64,000 nucleotides of DNA from Nemertoderma westbladi (taxonomy: Eukaryota > Animalia > Xenacoelomorpha): NCBI GenBank assembly GCA_032718475.1, contig JAUCBJ010000407.1, forward strand, positions 44,884 through 108,883, written 5' to 3'. The notes beneath the pieces are model-generated. The model saw only the letters and a program-made list of their open reading frames with translations, ran no database searches and was not told the DNA's origin. A program made the translations under genes and the position numbers. Below are positions 25,579 through 38,700 of this stretch, in pieces (positions within the stretch are counted from its first letter, which is position 1; every line of letters starts with the position of its first letter).

Positions 25579-28500
25579 TTAAGAATGCTGTGACGGCTTA
25601 TCGACAAAATTGCACCGCCACAACTCCCTATCACCCATGACATTTCCTAGATCATCCGCATCTTCAAAGCCAGTGTCCTTTAAGATGCGTCTCAAGAAAG
25701 TCATGGGCTGTCCACCATGCTTATTCACTCCATGAGGCTGCCAAAGTACAAGATTATGCACGGCTGGTCCTCACGGCGAAATCAATGTCCTGCAAAGCGG
25801 AGGCGATTTTGTTCTAGTGTCAGCTTGGGGGAACCAATGAGACACCTCCAATGTTATATAGCAGCATGTTCTAATGAGCTGAGGAGCCGTTGGGCTCCCT
25901 CTAGTGATTCTGAGAGTACTCCTAAGTCATCAGCAAAGTCTAGATCAGTTAGGTACTTGGCAGGATTTCCTCGACTTCTGGAGCCAGTAGGTGGAGGTAT
26001 CATCACCCCATCATCATTATGGTGATCTAAGGACATGCGTAGAACATAGTCAACAACAATTATGAACAAGAATGGTGGAAGTGTGTCTCCCTGGAGGACG
26101 CCCCATAACACTTCAAATGGTTCTGTGTCACCGTCAACAGTAGACACAAATGTTGTCGAACCATCGTATACTGATCTGATTGCTGCAATAATTTCATCAG
26201 GAATCCCATATAATGAAAGTATGCTGAACATACGTGAGCGAGAGACTGAATCAAAGGCCTTGAAGAAGTCAACAAAGATAACAGCCAGATGCCTGTCTTT
26301 CTTTTTTGATAACTCTTCAATTATCCTTCTAAGTGCCAAAATGGGCTCCATGGTCCCACGACCTTTACAGAACCCCTTCTGATTTCCACGGAGCAGTCTC
26401 TCAATGGGATCCCTGATACGATTCAATAGAATTCTATTGTATAGCTTTGCAGCAATCGAGATCAATGAGATTCCCCGAAAAGAACCATAGAGTGTTAGGT
26501 TGCCCTTCTTGAGAACTGGCACCAACTTATTTGTTTTCATTTCTTGTGGGACTCTTGTTGTTCGGTACATGTCTACTATGATGGGATAGATGAACTTTAA
26601 ACACTCAGTTATTTTAAAGACCTCAGGGGGAACACCATCTACTCCACTGGCACGATTGGTCTTAATGCTCTTTGCAGCAGCCTTCACTTCTGCAAAGGAG
26701 ATATCACCAATGGGAATATCTGGGAGTACAGACTCAGACACTTTTACTTCTATAAAGTTATCAGGCAATACCCTGTCATTATTGAGGAGCTTTTCAAAAT
26801 GGGCCTTCTAACCATTTAGGCGATCGGCTGGTGATTCAGCCTTAACCTTGGTGGTTGGTTGGCTTTTTCGACCAGCAAGCAAGTTGATCGATCTCCATGC
26901 CTGGGATGATTGCCTGCTGTCGTCAGCATCATTGATAGCATCAACCTGTTGGTTTATTACAGTAGCTCCTGTAAATTAACATAGTACTGCCTGTTCAGAG
27001 ACCTAGATGCAGCCTTAACGGTTATATTGAAAAATATCGAGAGTAAAAATAACGCGAGTAAAAACATCGAGTGTTAAAAAATTTCGAGAGTTGAAAAATA
27101 TCGAGAGTAAAAATATCGAGTGTTGAAAAATATCGAGAGTAAAAATATCGAGTGTTGAAAAATATCGAGAGAAAAATATCGAGTGTTGAAAAATATCGAG
27201 AGTAAAAATATCGAGTGTTGAAAAATATCGAGAGTAAACATATCGAGTGTTGAAAAATATCGAGAGTAAAAATATCGAGTGTTGAAAAATATCGAGTGTT
27301 GAAACATATCGAGTGTTGAAAAATATCGAGAGTAAAAATATCGAGTGTTGAAAAATATCGAGAGTAAAAATATCGAGTGTTGAAAAATCTCGAGAGTAAA
27401 AATCTCGAGGGTAAAAACATCGAGAGTAAAAATACCGAGTGTTGAAAAATATCGAGAGTAAAAATATCGAGAGTAAAAATATCGAGAGTAAAAATATCGA
27501 GTGTTGAAAAATTTCGAGAGTAAAAATATCGAGTGTTGAAAAATATCGAGAGTAAAAATATCGAGTGTTGAAAAATATCGAGAGTAAAAATATCGAGTGT
27601 TGAAAAATATCGAGGGTAAAAATATCGAGTGTTGAAAAATATCGAGAGTAAAAATATCGAGTGTTGACTAATATCGAGGGTAAAAATATCGAGTGTTGAA
27701 AAATATCGAGAGTAAAAATATCGAGTGTTGACTAATATCGAGAGTAAAAATATCGAGTGTTGAAAAATATCGAGAGTAAAAATATCGAGTGTTGAAAAAT
27801 ATCGAGAGTAAAAATATCGAGTGTTGAAAAATATCGAGAGTAAAAATATCGAGTGTTGAAAAATATCGAGAGTAAAAATATCGAGTGTTGAAAAATATCG
27901 AGAGTAAAAATATCGAGTGTTGAAAAATATCGAGTGTTGAAAAATATCGAGAGTAAAAATATCGAGTGTTGAAAAATATAGAGAGTAAAAATATCGAGTG
28001 TTGAAAAATATCGAGTGTTGAAAAATATCGAGTGTTGAAAAATATCGAGAGTAAAAATATAGAATGTTGAAAAATATCGAGAGTAAAAATATCGATAGTA
28101 ACAATTTTTTTAAATAAGGGCTGTATGATAATTTTTTTTTACTAAAAATGTTCTAGAACAACAATATTTATCAACATTTGGTTGCTTTACTGTACAGTAC
28201 GTGTTCTACTGTAATATAATATTTAACAATATTTTAATATTTATCAAAATTTATAGCTAGCACTTCTTTTATAATATTTATTAAAAAAATAGCAAAAACT
28301 AGCTAGTATAATAAATCTGGTAAATGGGTACCCAAGGTGTATTACATAATGCCATTCACTTGCACTGTTGTAACCCATGCACTGCAATATTGTTCCATAA
28401 TTCTAAATAAAATGCTCAAGTAAAATGCAATATTTTTACTCTCGATATTTTTCAACACTCGATATTTTTCAACACTCGATATTTTTCAACACTCGATATT

Positions 28501-29200
28501 TTTCAACACTCGATATTTTTCAACACTCGATATTTTTCAACACTCGATATTTTTACTCTCGATATTTTTCAACACTCGATATTTTTACTCTCGATATTTT
28601 TCAACACTCGATAATTTTACTCTCGATATTTTTACTCTCGATATTTTTCAACACTCGATATTTTTACTCTCGATATTTTTACTCTCGATATTTTTCAACA
28701 CTCGATATTTTTCAACACTCGATATTTTTACTCTCGATATTTTTCAACACTCGATATTTTTACTCTCGATATTTTTCAACTCTCGATATTTTTCAACACT
28801 CGATATTTTTCAACACTCGATATTTTTCAACTCTCGATATTTTTCAACACTCGATATTTTTCACTCTCGTTATTTTTACTCTCGATATTTTTTAATCACG
28901 TTAATTTTCAACACTCGTTATTTTTACTCTCGATATTTTTACTCTCGTTATTTTTACTCTCGATATTTTTCAAGTCTCGATATTTTTCACCATTACCGCC
29001 TTAACTGCATTCTTGGCCGCTGTAGTCTGTTTGAGTCGGGACTCTTTCTGCGCCTTGTAGAGGTCATTTCGGCACTTCTGAATTTTGTTGTCAGTCCAGG
29101 GGGCCCGTTTCCTGTTTCGAGGGTATACAGGAACTGTTTCTGCAGCTGCTAACTTAACTGCCTCTGTGAAGGCAGTATAGCATGTACAGTCAATATCCGA
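25579..29200 (-). pseudogene. Decayed RTE-clade non-LTR retrotransposon ORF, interrupted by the 27020-28997 insertion
   Basis: RT motifs KASG.DG-like RASGVDG, FRGISL, FVDFFKAFDSV, QGDTLPPFLF, LDFADD; RTE-type C-terminus LWQPHG..GG..P..DRELWR; premature TAG near 26810; flank resumes after the TSD at 28998; left/right limits approximate. Confidence 0.85.
27020..28997. mobile_element. Foldback element (Merlin-like ends) whose inverted arms are 15/17-bp minisatellite arrays
   Basis: Exact 8-bp TSD GCCTTAAC (27012/28998); termini GGTTATATTGAAAAATATCGAG and rc GGTAATGGTGAAAAATATCGAG; units GAGTGTTGAAAAATATC and GAGAGTAAAAATATC at 27020-28095, inverted at 28430-28997. Confidence 0.9.
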
Positions 29201-29336
29201 CCTACCACTGAATAGTCAATGGTGGAATATTTTTTTATTTGTAAATGTTTCTTAAATTCTACAATTTTCCTATTATCTAATGATAATATTCACCACCGCC
29301 TTCTCCGAGCTCTCACCGGAGTTTCTGTAGACACTG

Positions 29337-31518
29337 TGTTACGGTATATGGCGCTGTATCCATATTATTAGTCATCATGCAGTATGTATTATTAGTCGTT
29401 ATGCAGTATGCAATATTAGTCCGTTATACTGTACGTAATATTAGTCCATTGTGCAGCGTGATATTTTAGATAAGGCATAATAACGCAATGATATTTAGAT
29501 AGGGAAATCGAAACACCCATATATTTGAATCCATCCATTTTGTATAGTATGTAGCCCTACCTACGTAATTTTGTATTAGGATATATTAGCAAGTTTATTC
29601 GGACCCTGGATTTCGTGCTTGCTGATATTAGTTTGATAGGGCTAGCATATAGGGACGCTGTCCTGGCCATTCAGCAGCCAGAGACGTGATCCATTACCAT
29701 ATATGGTAATAATTTGAGGGCATAGGGCTACAATCCGGCCTCCTTATTGGACTAACTGCTTCCAGGTTGGTCTAATGCTAGCACGGACTGGAGAGCCAAT
29801 AGGAGAGCGATTGAGTCACCCTATTGCATCACCCCATCCGGATCACCTATATATTGGCGGTGTGCCGGTAGAGCCTTACTGTGTACTGTTCTATACCTCA
29901 CTGCTGTTGTACTTGCTGAGCTGTCTCTATTCATTTTTTGACGGATATTTTAGTGTATTTTCTGCAATTTGCTAATTTTGATTAGTTTCTTGAAATGATT
30001 TGCTAGTGCGATTACTCTTGCTTGTGTTTCTCAATTAATTCCTTCGATTACTGCTAATTACAACTGAACTATGATTTCTACCTTTTGATTAATGGTTCTA
30101 TGTGATTCTTTTCTGCGCAATAATCCTAAGGGATTTCTGAGACTGTCAGACTTTGTGATTTGCATGCGCCGCTACGGTAGCTATTAGCGTAATGGAGGGC
30201 TTAGGCGCCAGTGGGCGGTGGGCACATCGGGGGGTTAGCGACGAAGGGAGAGCGGAGGATTCAAAGGCGAGCAACGCTGGCGAGGGGTCTCCGTTGCGGT
30301 CGGGAAGTTAACGCTGTGGTATGCAGACCAATTGCTGGTACAGTAATTAGGGGGCTGATGATCCAGGTTTCGTCTCTATTTAGTATTAGGGGGGCAGGAA
30401 TCAGGTTAGTTAGGAGTCCTATATGTACCCGGGAGAGGCCTGCACGTATCACAACGTTGAGTGTGGAGTACGAATAGTGAGCCGCATAATTGTGGGTTAT
30501 ACAGTAGTTAACTGCATAATTGCGAACTGTGATTGCTGACGCTGATTGGTGTGTTACTGAAGTGTGCCTATGATTGTGAATGTTTAGGTAGGCGCTCTTT
30601 TCTCTTTGATTGATTTCTATTTCTTAGTTACAACAATTAGTTACTGATTAGGTCAAAGTAATACGGCAATTTAGGCTATTACTAGCGAAACCTGTTGCGT
30701 GATAAATTAGAATTACGTATTCTGGAACTCTTAGTAATTAGTACGCTGTTAAATATTTGTGACTGTAATTGATTAGTAAAAATTAAGAATTAGTACGCAG
30801 CATAGCGGAGAGTAGCTAAGGTAATAATTAGAGTACTGTAAACTATTCACGCTGAGCGGTTATTTGCATTAGCGGGCAATCAGCTAGATCGCACTATTCG
30901 GCACACACGAAACGCTAGTAATTTGCTGGCCTAAAGCCAGCTGCAGGCAATTTTAGACCCAGAGCGGTACTATCCACGAGAGACAAATACTGTACCATTT
31001 TGATATTTAAATATTCTCGCATTCACACATTACGTTAGAGAACCCCCAGTATTCGCGATTAGAAAAGACGTAGGTAATAGCGTGCTTTAATAGTGATAGA
31101 ATCAGGCGTAAGAATACTCTGAGTGCAAGGCCTCTCGCACTCGTCTTAAGTAAGCTTAGGGAGCCGACTCGGGTTTATTGTTTTGGTTATTCCCGCGTGG
31201 CTCATAGATTCGAACAGTTAGCTCTCTGTCGAGCAATCGGTAGAGAAAGGAACAAGCGATTTTGCAGGTGTTGTGTAAAATTAGTAAATATATTAGCGGA
31301 CGGCAGATTAGCGCCATCTAACGGTAAGTAGCGGTTTTGTATTTAGCAACCCTTACAATTTAGTAATATCACGCTCCTGATCCCCTTTACTTAACAGTAG
31401 AGCAGTTTTTGTGTCTTATTGGTTAGACGAGAACTTATTAGGTTGGCAGAAGGATATTAACGGGTATTGATCTGTTCAACAGTTCTGCTGTTAGTATAGA
31501 GGTCGCGGTTGTTTATCA
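29337..31518 (+). repeat. 5' LTR (2182 bp)
   Basis: TGTTACGG...GTTTATCA; direct repeat of 46004-48202, differing by a 16-bp and a 1-bp indel and about seven substitutions seen by eye. Confidence 0.97.
29794..29880 (+). promoter_or_regulatory. Putative LTR promoter (CCAAT box, TATATA, Inr-like TTACT)
   Basis: GCCAAT at 29794, TATATA at 29848, TTACT ~30 nt downstream; 24-25-bp tandem repeats ATTATTAGTC..ATGCAGTATG upstream at 29362-29460. Confidence 0.45.
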
Positions 31519-32716
31519 GTGATACGTGTATATTGCTTTGCTGTACCGCGTACAGTAAGGCAGTGTGTATTCTTAGGCTGATAGTAGTATCACAGTATTG
31601 AGTAATAAATTGGAGCACGTGATCGTCTGCTGTAGGCTATAGGCTAGCGTACAGTAAGACATTGAGTATATTCCTTTAGGCTGTTAGTTTAGATTACTGT
31701 ATTCACTGGCTGCGTACAATAGTACAGTAGTACATTAGGCTGATTGCTGTTACTGCGTACGGTAGAAGGGACATTTGTTTTGCCGTACCACACACACAGT
31801 ATCATTAGGCAGTTAGGTTGGTGTACTGTTTTACTTACTGTGCTGCATACAGTGGATGTACGGTAGTGCGTTTTTTGCTAATTGCGAATACAGCAGTTCC
31901 TTAGGCCTTAGGGCAAAGTGTAATTAGTAAGTTTTTTGAAAATTTTAGCTAGGTTTGCGAGAATTCAGTTTCGGTCAAAATTATTTTGTAAAATTCTAGA
32001 GTTTTGTACCGGTATGTTAGGTAACCGCTTAGTTATTTTATACCATCTGGAGATACATGGCAAGACGGGACTTCTGAGTTTGGGGTTCGTGTGGGTCTGC
32101 GGGTTCGGTTTGCAATCAGCGAAGGGCCTGAATCTTTGGACGCGGACGTGGAATCTCACAGCAAACAAGGTTAGTTGTTCTGTTGGCACCAGTATGTTTG
32201 TGGAAGCAGTAAAAAATTATCAGTTGTTTAACTGCGAAGCTGAACTCAATTTATTAGTTAGGATATTTAGGTTTAGCCGGCCATGGTTTTTTGAATCGCT
32301 CAAGTTAGAGAGAGAGTTAGAGAGAGTCGCAACCCGAAGATGTAGCCACGCGCTAGTGGATACATATAATATTTGAAATTAAAATTACGTTGATTAGAGC
32401 TATATATATAAAATTAGAAATATTCGGGTGGCAAGTTTATTTGAATATTTTGTATTAGATTCAAAGTTATTTTGTGCTATACCAGTATTTAATATTATAT
32501 AGTAGCTATATAATAATATTTTTGTTTAAATATTGTGCTAGTATTTGCTATAACTATATACCCCATTAAATTCACAATATTGCATTGCGAATTTATTTTG
32601 ACATTTTGGACCAACTGATTATTAGACAAATAATTTGACCGTATTTCGGTTAAATTATAATTATATCTCGAACTTTTGCGAGATATTTTTGCCGGAAGGC
32701 AAACATTATTTGGACT

Positions 32717-35700
32717 ATGAGTGTCTCAGACAAAGAGGCACTAGAGGACAGCTACGAGACGGCGGCTGGACCGCCGACTGACGATAGCGTCAATATTACT
32801 GTTGACGACAATGCCGACTATGACGACGCAGCGAGTGACGCTGACGTAAGTGAACAGGAGGACGAGACAGCGACTAGTGAGGAAGAACAACAACCTCAAG
32901 TAATAGTATTAGGATCCCCTACCGCTACTGATAGGAAGGATTGTACAGCAACCCAACCAGAGGTGAGTGATAGGGAGGGTAGTGTAGCAGAAGCGAGAGC
33001 CCGGAGCCCGGTTTCCAGACCTGTGGGTATGGTAAGTGCCGTGGTCCCGACGGCTGTTAGGAGTACCCGTAGTTCCCGAAATAATCCTTCAAGTCCACCA
33101 AGTGTAAGTCAGGTAAGCGAGAGAGAACTTGATATTGCGATAAAGAAGAAACTTCGCGCGCATGCCGGACATATAACTCGGACGGCGGACAAGGTAAGGA
33201 AAATGTTAGCCGACTCAGCGAACATCGGGAGGGTAGAGTTAGCAGAGATTAGAAGAGGATATAACTCAGCGTTATTCAAGCAGACGGAGGAGCTTGCAGT
33301 CCTAGCGAAGAAGGCAGTAGAGTCTCAGTTGAGCGACGTGGCGACGAGGATTTACGACAGGGTTTTAGCAGCCTTGTTGGAGCACCGCGAGTTATCGGAG
33401 CGATTCCGACGAGTTAGGACGGAGAACTGGCTGCTATGGACATCACAAGCGCAGGCGACTCAGGTGAGTGACGCAGAGTTGAGAGATTTAGTGGAGCGAG
33501 AAGAGATCAAAGACAAGGAAGAGCGCCGTTATCAGAGGGAAGTTACTAGCTGGCTGATGCAGAATGGAGTGGTGGTACTGGGTCAGGTGCTACCGACGAC
33601 GGAGAACATTCAACAGAGGACGTTAACTCCACCCGACGATCCATCCAGAGACAGCGGCGATTCCCAGGTTAGTCACGCGCGAGGTAAAGTTATATGTGCT
33701 AGATCCCTTGTTTCTCACAACTCGGCGGAGGAGAGAAGACGCCGACTGGACGAACAGCAGGCGGAAGTTTTGCGTGCATCGGAAGCGCGGAAGGAAGCCG
33801 AGCGGGAACGGGAGCGAACACGTAAGTTAGACGCGAAGTTGCGCGAATTGGAAGATAAAGGTAAGCGTGAGCGAGCGGAACGTGAGCAGAAGGAACGTGA
33901 ACTTCAACTTGAACGCGAACGCAAGGAACGTGAACTCGAACTTGAACGCGAGCAGAAAGAACGCGAACTCCAGCTCGAACGCGAACAGAAGAAACGCGAA
34001 CTCGAACTTGAACGCGAACGCAAGGAACGCGAACTCGAGATCGAGAAAGAGCGACAAGCGTTGTATGAAGAAAGGGCGTGTGTGGAAGAAGAGGGCGCAG
34101 CGAGACGAGCGAGGGAAGAAGAAGAACGTAAACTGGCGCAGTTGGAAAGTGCGAGATTAAGTTTAGAGAGCGAAGAACGGACTAGGAAGGCGAATGAAAT
34201 CGCCGAGAAGGGGATGCGAATGATCGAAGAATGTGGGGCGAGTGTAGGGACTGAGTTGCGAGAACTGTTCGCACTGCAGAAGGCCGAACAGGAAGCGAGA
34301 ACTCCGACTATACGCGAGTCGACGACGACCAGAATTCCTATACCCGGTCCAGCTATTACGAGTACACGGATCGCTAAACCGTTCTCTACATATCGCACGC
34401 CAGTTGGTATTAGTGCTTCACCTATCGCGCAGGATCTACGTCATCGGAACACCGCACCACTGTATACCGAACGCGACAACGGAGAGTTTAGAGAAACTCC
34501 GACGGGACGAGTACTTGGTGAACCGAACCCGCGGGTTTGGAATATGCGGACGGAGCGCCGACCCAGTTCGACGGAGAACTTCCGGGTTAAACCGGAAGAG
34601 GGATCATATGAGAGACAGCGGATTACTCAGATAGAGCCGACTATACAACAGAACCCTAGCCAGGAATTTATTACGAGGGATGAGTTAAGTGCTAGTTTAG
34701 CGCAAGCTATATCGCCGCACATCCAACCTATAACGGACATGCTTAGCAACCTACGGTTAAAGGAAGCAGCCCAGGTAAGAAGTAATTCAAATCCCAGCAG
34801 GCCTGAGTTAGATAAAGTCCAGCCTAGTCAACGAGTACGCATATCGGAGGAGACTATACCACATAGACCTCAGGTAAGGACGCCTGTCCCGAATATTCAT
34901 AATCCCAATTTCGAAAACTCAGCCGAGAAATTTATTGAGGAGGCTTGGGTCAGGGCCTCGGCGCGCAAACCATCGCGAGCGCTAAGGACTGACACCGAGT
35001 CAAGCGATGAAGAGGAAGACATGAGACGTCAGAAGTCCCGAAACTATAAGGAAACAAGGACGGAGGCGGAGCAGGTAAGTTGGAACCACCGGGAAAGGAC
35101 CAGACTTAACAACCCTGCGGAACTAAACCATTTGTTAACCCGGAACGACGCAACCCTTAGGGACATAGGTAAGTTTGCTGCTAGGCAAGGACTGCCGACG
35201 CAACAACCCCAAAAGTTTATGGGTAACCATAAGCACTGGAGGACATTCAAAACCTATGTCGACGAGCAGCTAACCAACAGCACCTTTACTCCCAACGAGA
35301 AGTTCAACTATTTGCTTCAGATGCTCCATCGAGAACCTAGAGCCATTGCTGATAACTTCGTCGGCAATGAACGGGCATTCGAGTTAGCGATGAAGACGCT
35401 TAGCGACATCTACGGGAATAAAACGAAGATGGCGCAGTCGATAGTAGAAGACTTGGGTAAGGGCGGAAGGATTACAACTCCGTTAGAGCTGTTGAACTTA
35501 GCGAACGCTATTTCGAACGCATTGGACATCTTGAGGACGGTGAATTTACCTCATCATGGTGATCACGCCGAAGTTTTAAAGAGCGTAATAAGACGTCTAA
35601 ACATTCGTTACAGACAGAAATGGCGTAAATTAGAGAATAAGTTGGAGGGCCAAGGTAAGGTGTTGACACTTCAGCATATTCATGACATGATAGCCACAGA

Positions 35701-38700
35701 CGCAGTAGCAGAGATGAAATCAAACTTCTCAGAAGAGAATATGAGGGAGTCTAAACCTGTTACCGGTAAGTCTATGGTAAGTTTTGACGATGACAGGACC
35801 ACTGTGACATTTAACTCAGTAGACAGATATAATTCGAGTACCCCAGCCTTTAGATCAGACTCGCGAGTATGGTCAGGTGAGCGGTTAGATAGACCTAGGT
35901 TAAAGCAGCAGGAGTTGCCGGATGGATTTGTAGGTTGCCAATACTGTTTACTAAAGGAGGTAAGATCTGACGACCATAAGTTAGATAGTTGCAGACGGTT
36001 CAAAGAATTAAATTCGGAACAGAGAAGAGTTCAAGTGCGGACGTTGGACACCTGTTGGGCATGTCTTGCGCCAGGCCATGTACGGCGGCAGTGCCCGAAC
36101 AGCAAGGACGGATGCATGGAGTGCGGCAGACTACATCACAAGTTGCTACATGCGGATTTCCACACCCCAACGGACCGTTACTTACAGCGAAATCCTCAAA
36201 GGAAGGGGAGCAAAGAACCCGTATCGATAAGGAGGAATACGTACACTGGCATCCAGGACGATGGTTATCAACCAGGTTCGTCGGACGAGGATGGCGAATC
36301 GAGCGCAAGAGAGGTGACCTGCCAAGGTTTCACCGCGGATAGTTCATCGACCAGCGCGCGGACGTATTTATCATCGGCAACGTCGGAAATATTTAGCGTG
36401 ATTCCGGTGAAACTCACTGGCGATAAGGGATCAAAGCGAATATATGTGATGTTGGACACTGCGTCCACATTATCCTATATCGACGAGGAAGTGGCGAGAG
36501 CCGTTTCTAGCTTCCAGGACGCCGAGGAGATCCAAATAGAGTTGAAGTCTATGCACGGGGTAGGAGACCTCAAGGGACACAGAATTTCGGTAGAACTAGA
36601 TTCCCTACTTCCGAGAGACCAACACACTCGACAAGAACGGAAAGCTTTGCCATTGGATGGATTTAAGTGTCTAGCTATGAAGGGATTCGGCAGGCAGTTA
36701 GGTAAGGTGCCGCCGATGAGTCCCATAGCACAGGAGTATTTTGACAAGCTCAGGATACCCAGACATCAGGTAGGTTATAGGAATGTTTCCATGTTGATTG
36801 GTGCAGAACAGCTGATCGCACACCAAATATGGGAAACGAGACCAGCTGAGCCGCATGTCAATGGACCACATGCCCATAGGACTATATTAGGTTGGTATAC
36901 ACGAGTACCCATGTCTTATGAGTTTACAGGTGGCGACAAGCCAATGAACAGATACGACGAATTACAGCCTATAACTCAACCACCGTTAGTAGAACCACCA
37001 GACATAGACGAGTTTAGGAGAACCTGTATTGACCATTATAGTGACTTTAGTGAGTCGGACGAGGAGTTGATTCCCGATAATGTTAGGTTGTCGGAACCAC
37101 TTCACAACGACCGGACAGATAGTGAACCCGAGGACTACTGTTATCAGACCCGTGGGTCTGGTTCAGCGGTCCACGCTACCTATTTGACTAACGTTTTGAC
37201 TTATACAGACATAGTGGAGGGTCAAGTGGCTAAATATCGAGACCTAGACATTTTCCAATACAGTGAGGAGGAATTACAGAAGGAATTGATACGCCAGGAC
37301 CTCGAGACAGGAGCCAGAACCGTCGAATGGCTGGATAGGGACGCAATGGAACCCGGTGGATATGACCTAGCCATGTCTACTGATGAGAAGCGGTCGCTGG
37401 AGATGATGGAAGATACCATACGTCTGCTACCGACTGGACATTTCGAAGTTGGAATGTTGTGGCGTCGACAACCACCTAAGTTGGAGAACAACTACAACTT
37501 AGCCTTGAAAAGATTGAACGGAGTAAGGGCTCGGTTGTTAAGGAATCCGGACATTAGGGAGAAGTATTGCGCCCAGATCAACAACTATTTCGCCAAGGGA
37601 TTTGCTGGGAAGGTAGAGGACCCTGACTTAGTGACAGACCAGACTTATTACCTTCCACACCACTATGTGACTCACCCTGACAAGCCTGACAAAGTCCGAG
37701 TAGTCAACGACTGCGCAGCAGTCTATAGAGGTATGTCCCTGAATTCAGAGTTGATGGACGGACCCAACCTGAACAATTATTTGATTGGAATACTGTTGCG
37801 TTTTAGACAGCGGCGATTCGCATTTACTTGTGACATCGAGGCGATGTTCCACCAGGTAAGAGCCTGTAAGGCAGACCAGGATAGCCTTCGCTTTCTCTGG
37901 TACGAGAATGAAGACTTATCTGGCCCAGTGGTTACATACCAAATGTACGTTAGGATATTTGGCGCCCGCGATAGTCCGAATGGCACGCTGTTCGTTTTAA
38001 AGAAAACGGCAACAGCCCAGATTGGTAAGTACCCAGTAGAGGTTATCGAGTCCATCTTGAGAAACTTCTACATGGACGTCGGATTGGTGTCCAAGGACAC
38101 GGCGGAACAAGCCATAGAAGTGGCTCACGGCCTGCAAGAGTGCTTGGCTACAGGGGGATTTCCTCTGACCAAGTACACTACCAATTCGGAGGCCCTATTA
38201 GAGTCGTTCCCGGTGAAAGATCGCGGGAGCGGAGACATAGAATTGGGGGTAGAACCAATCCCCATGGCGCGAGTACTGGGACTCGCTTGGAACCCGAATT
38301 CAGACAAGTTCCAGGTAAGAGTTAGATTTGAGCCCAGTAGCCCAGACAAAGTTTTGACTAAGAGGATTTGCTTATCGACATTAAGTAGACTATTTGACCC
38401 GATGAACTTTATCAGTCCGGTTATATTACAGGCACGAGCGTGCATGAGGAAAATTTGGTTGTCCGACGTAGAGTGGGACGAACCAATATCTCCTATACAT
38501 GCAAAGCAGTGGAGGGAGTGGGAAGCCGAGTTACATCTATTGAAAAACATAGACGTACCCCGTTCCTACTTTCCGAATCAGCTGGTATTCCCAGCTGATC
38601 TCGAACTGCACTTATTCAGTGACGCAAGTGACACCGGCTTTGGTATGGTAGCCTACCTACGCCGAGAGGTAAGTCAGGACAAATTTGAGACGGCCTTTGT

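Noticed and set aside
27022-28895. ORFs of 360, 77 and 156 aa (FSTLDIF repeats)
   Set aside because: Translations of the 15/17-bp repeat arms
29775-30477. Short ORFs in the LTR (duplicated at 46458-47160)
   Set aside because: No recognisable motifs; conserved only because the LTRs are recent duplicates
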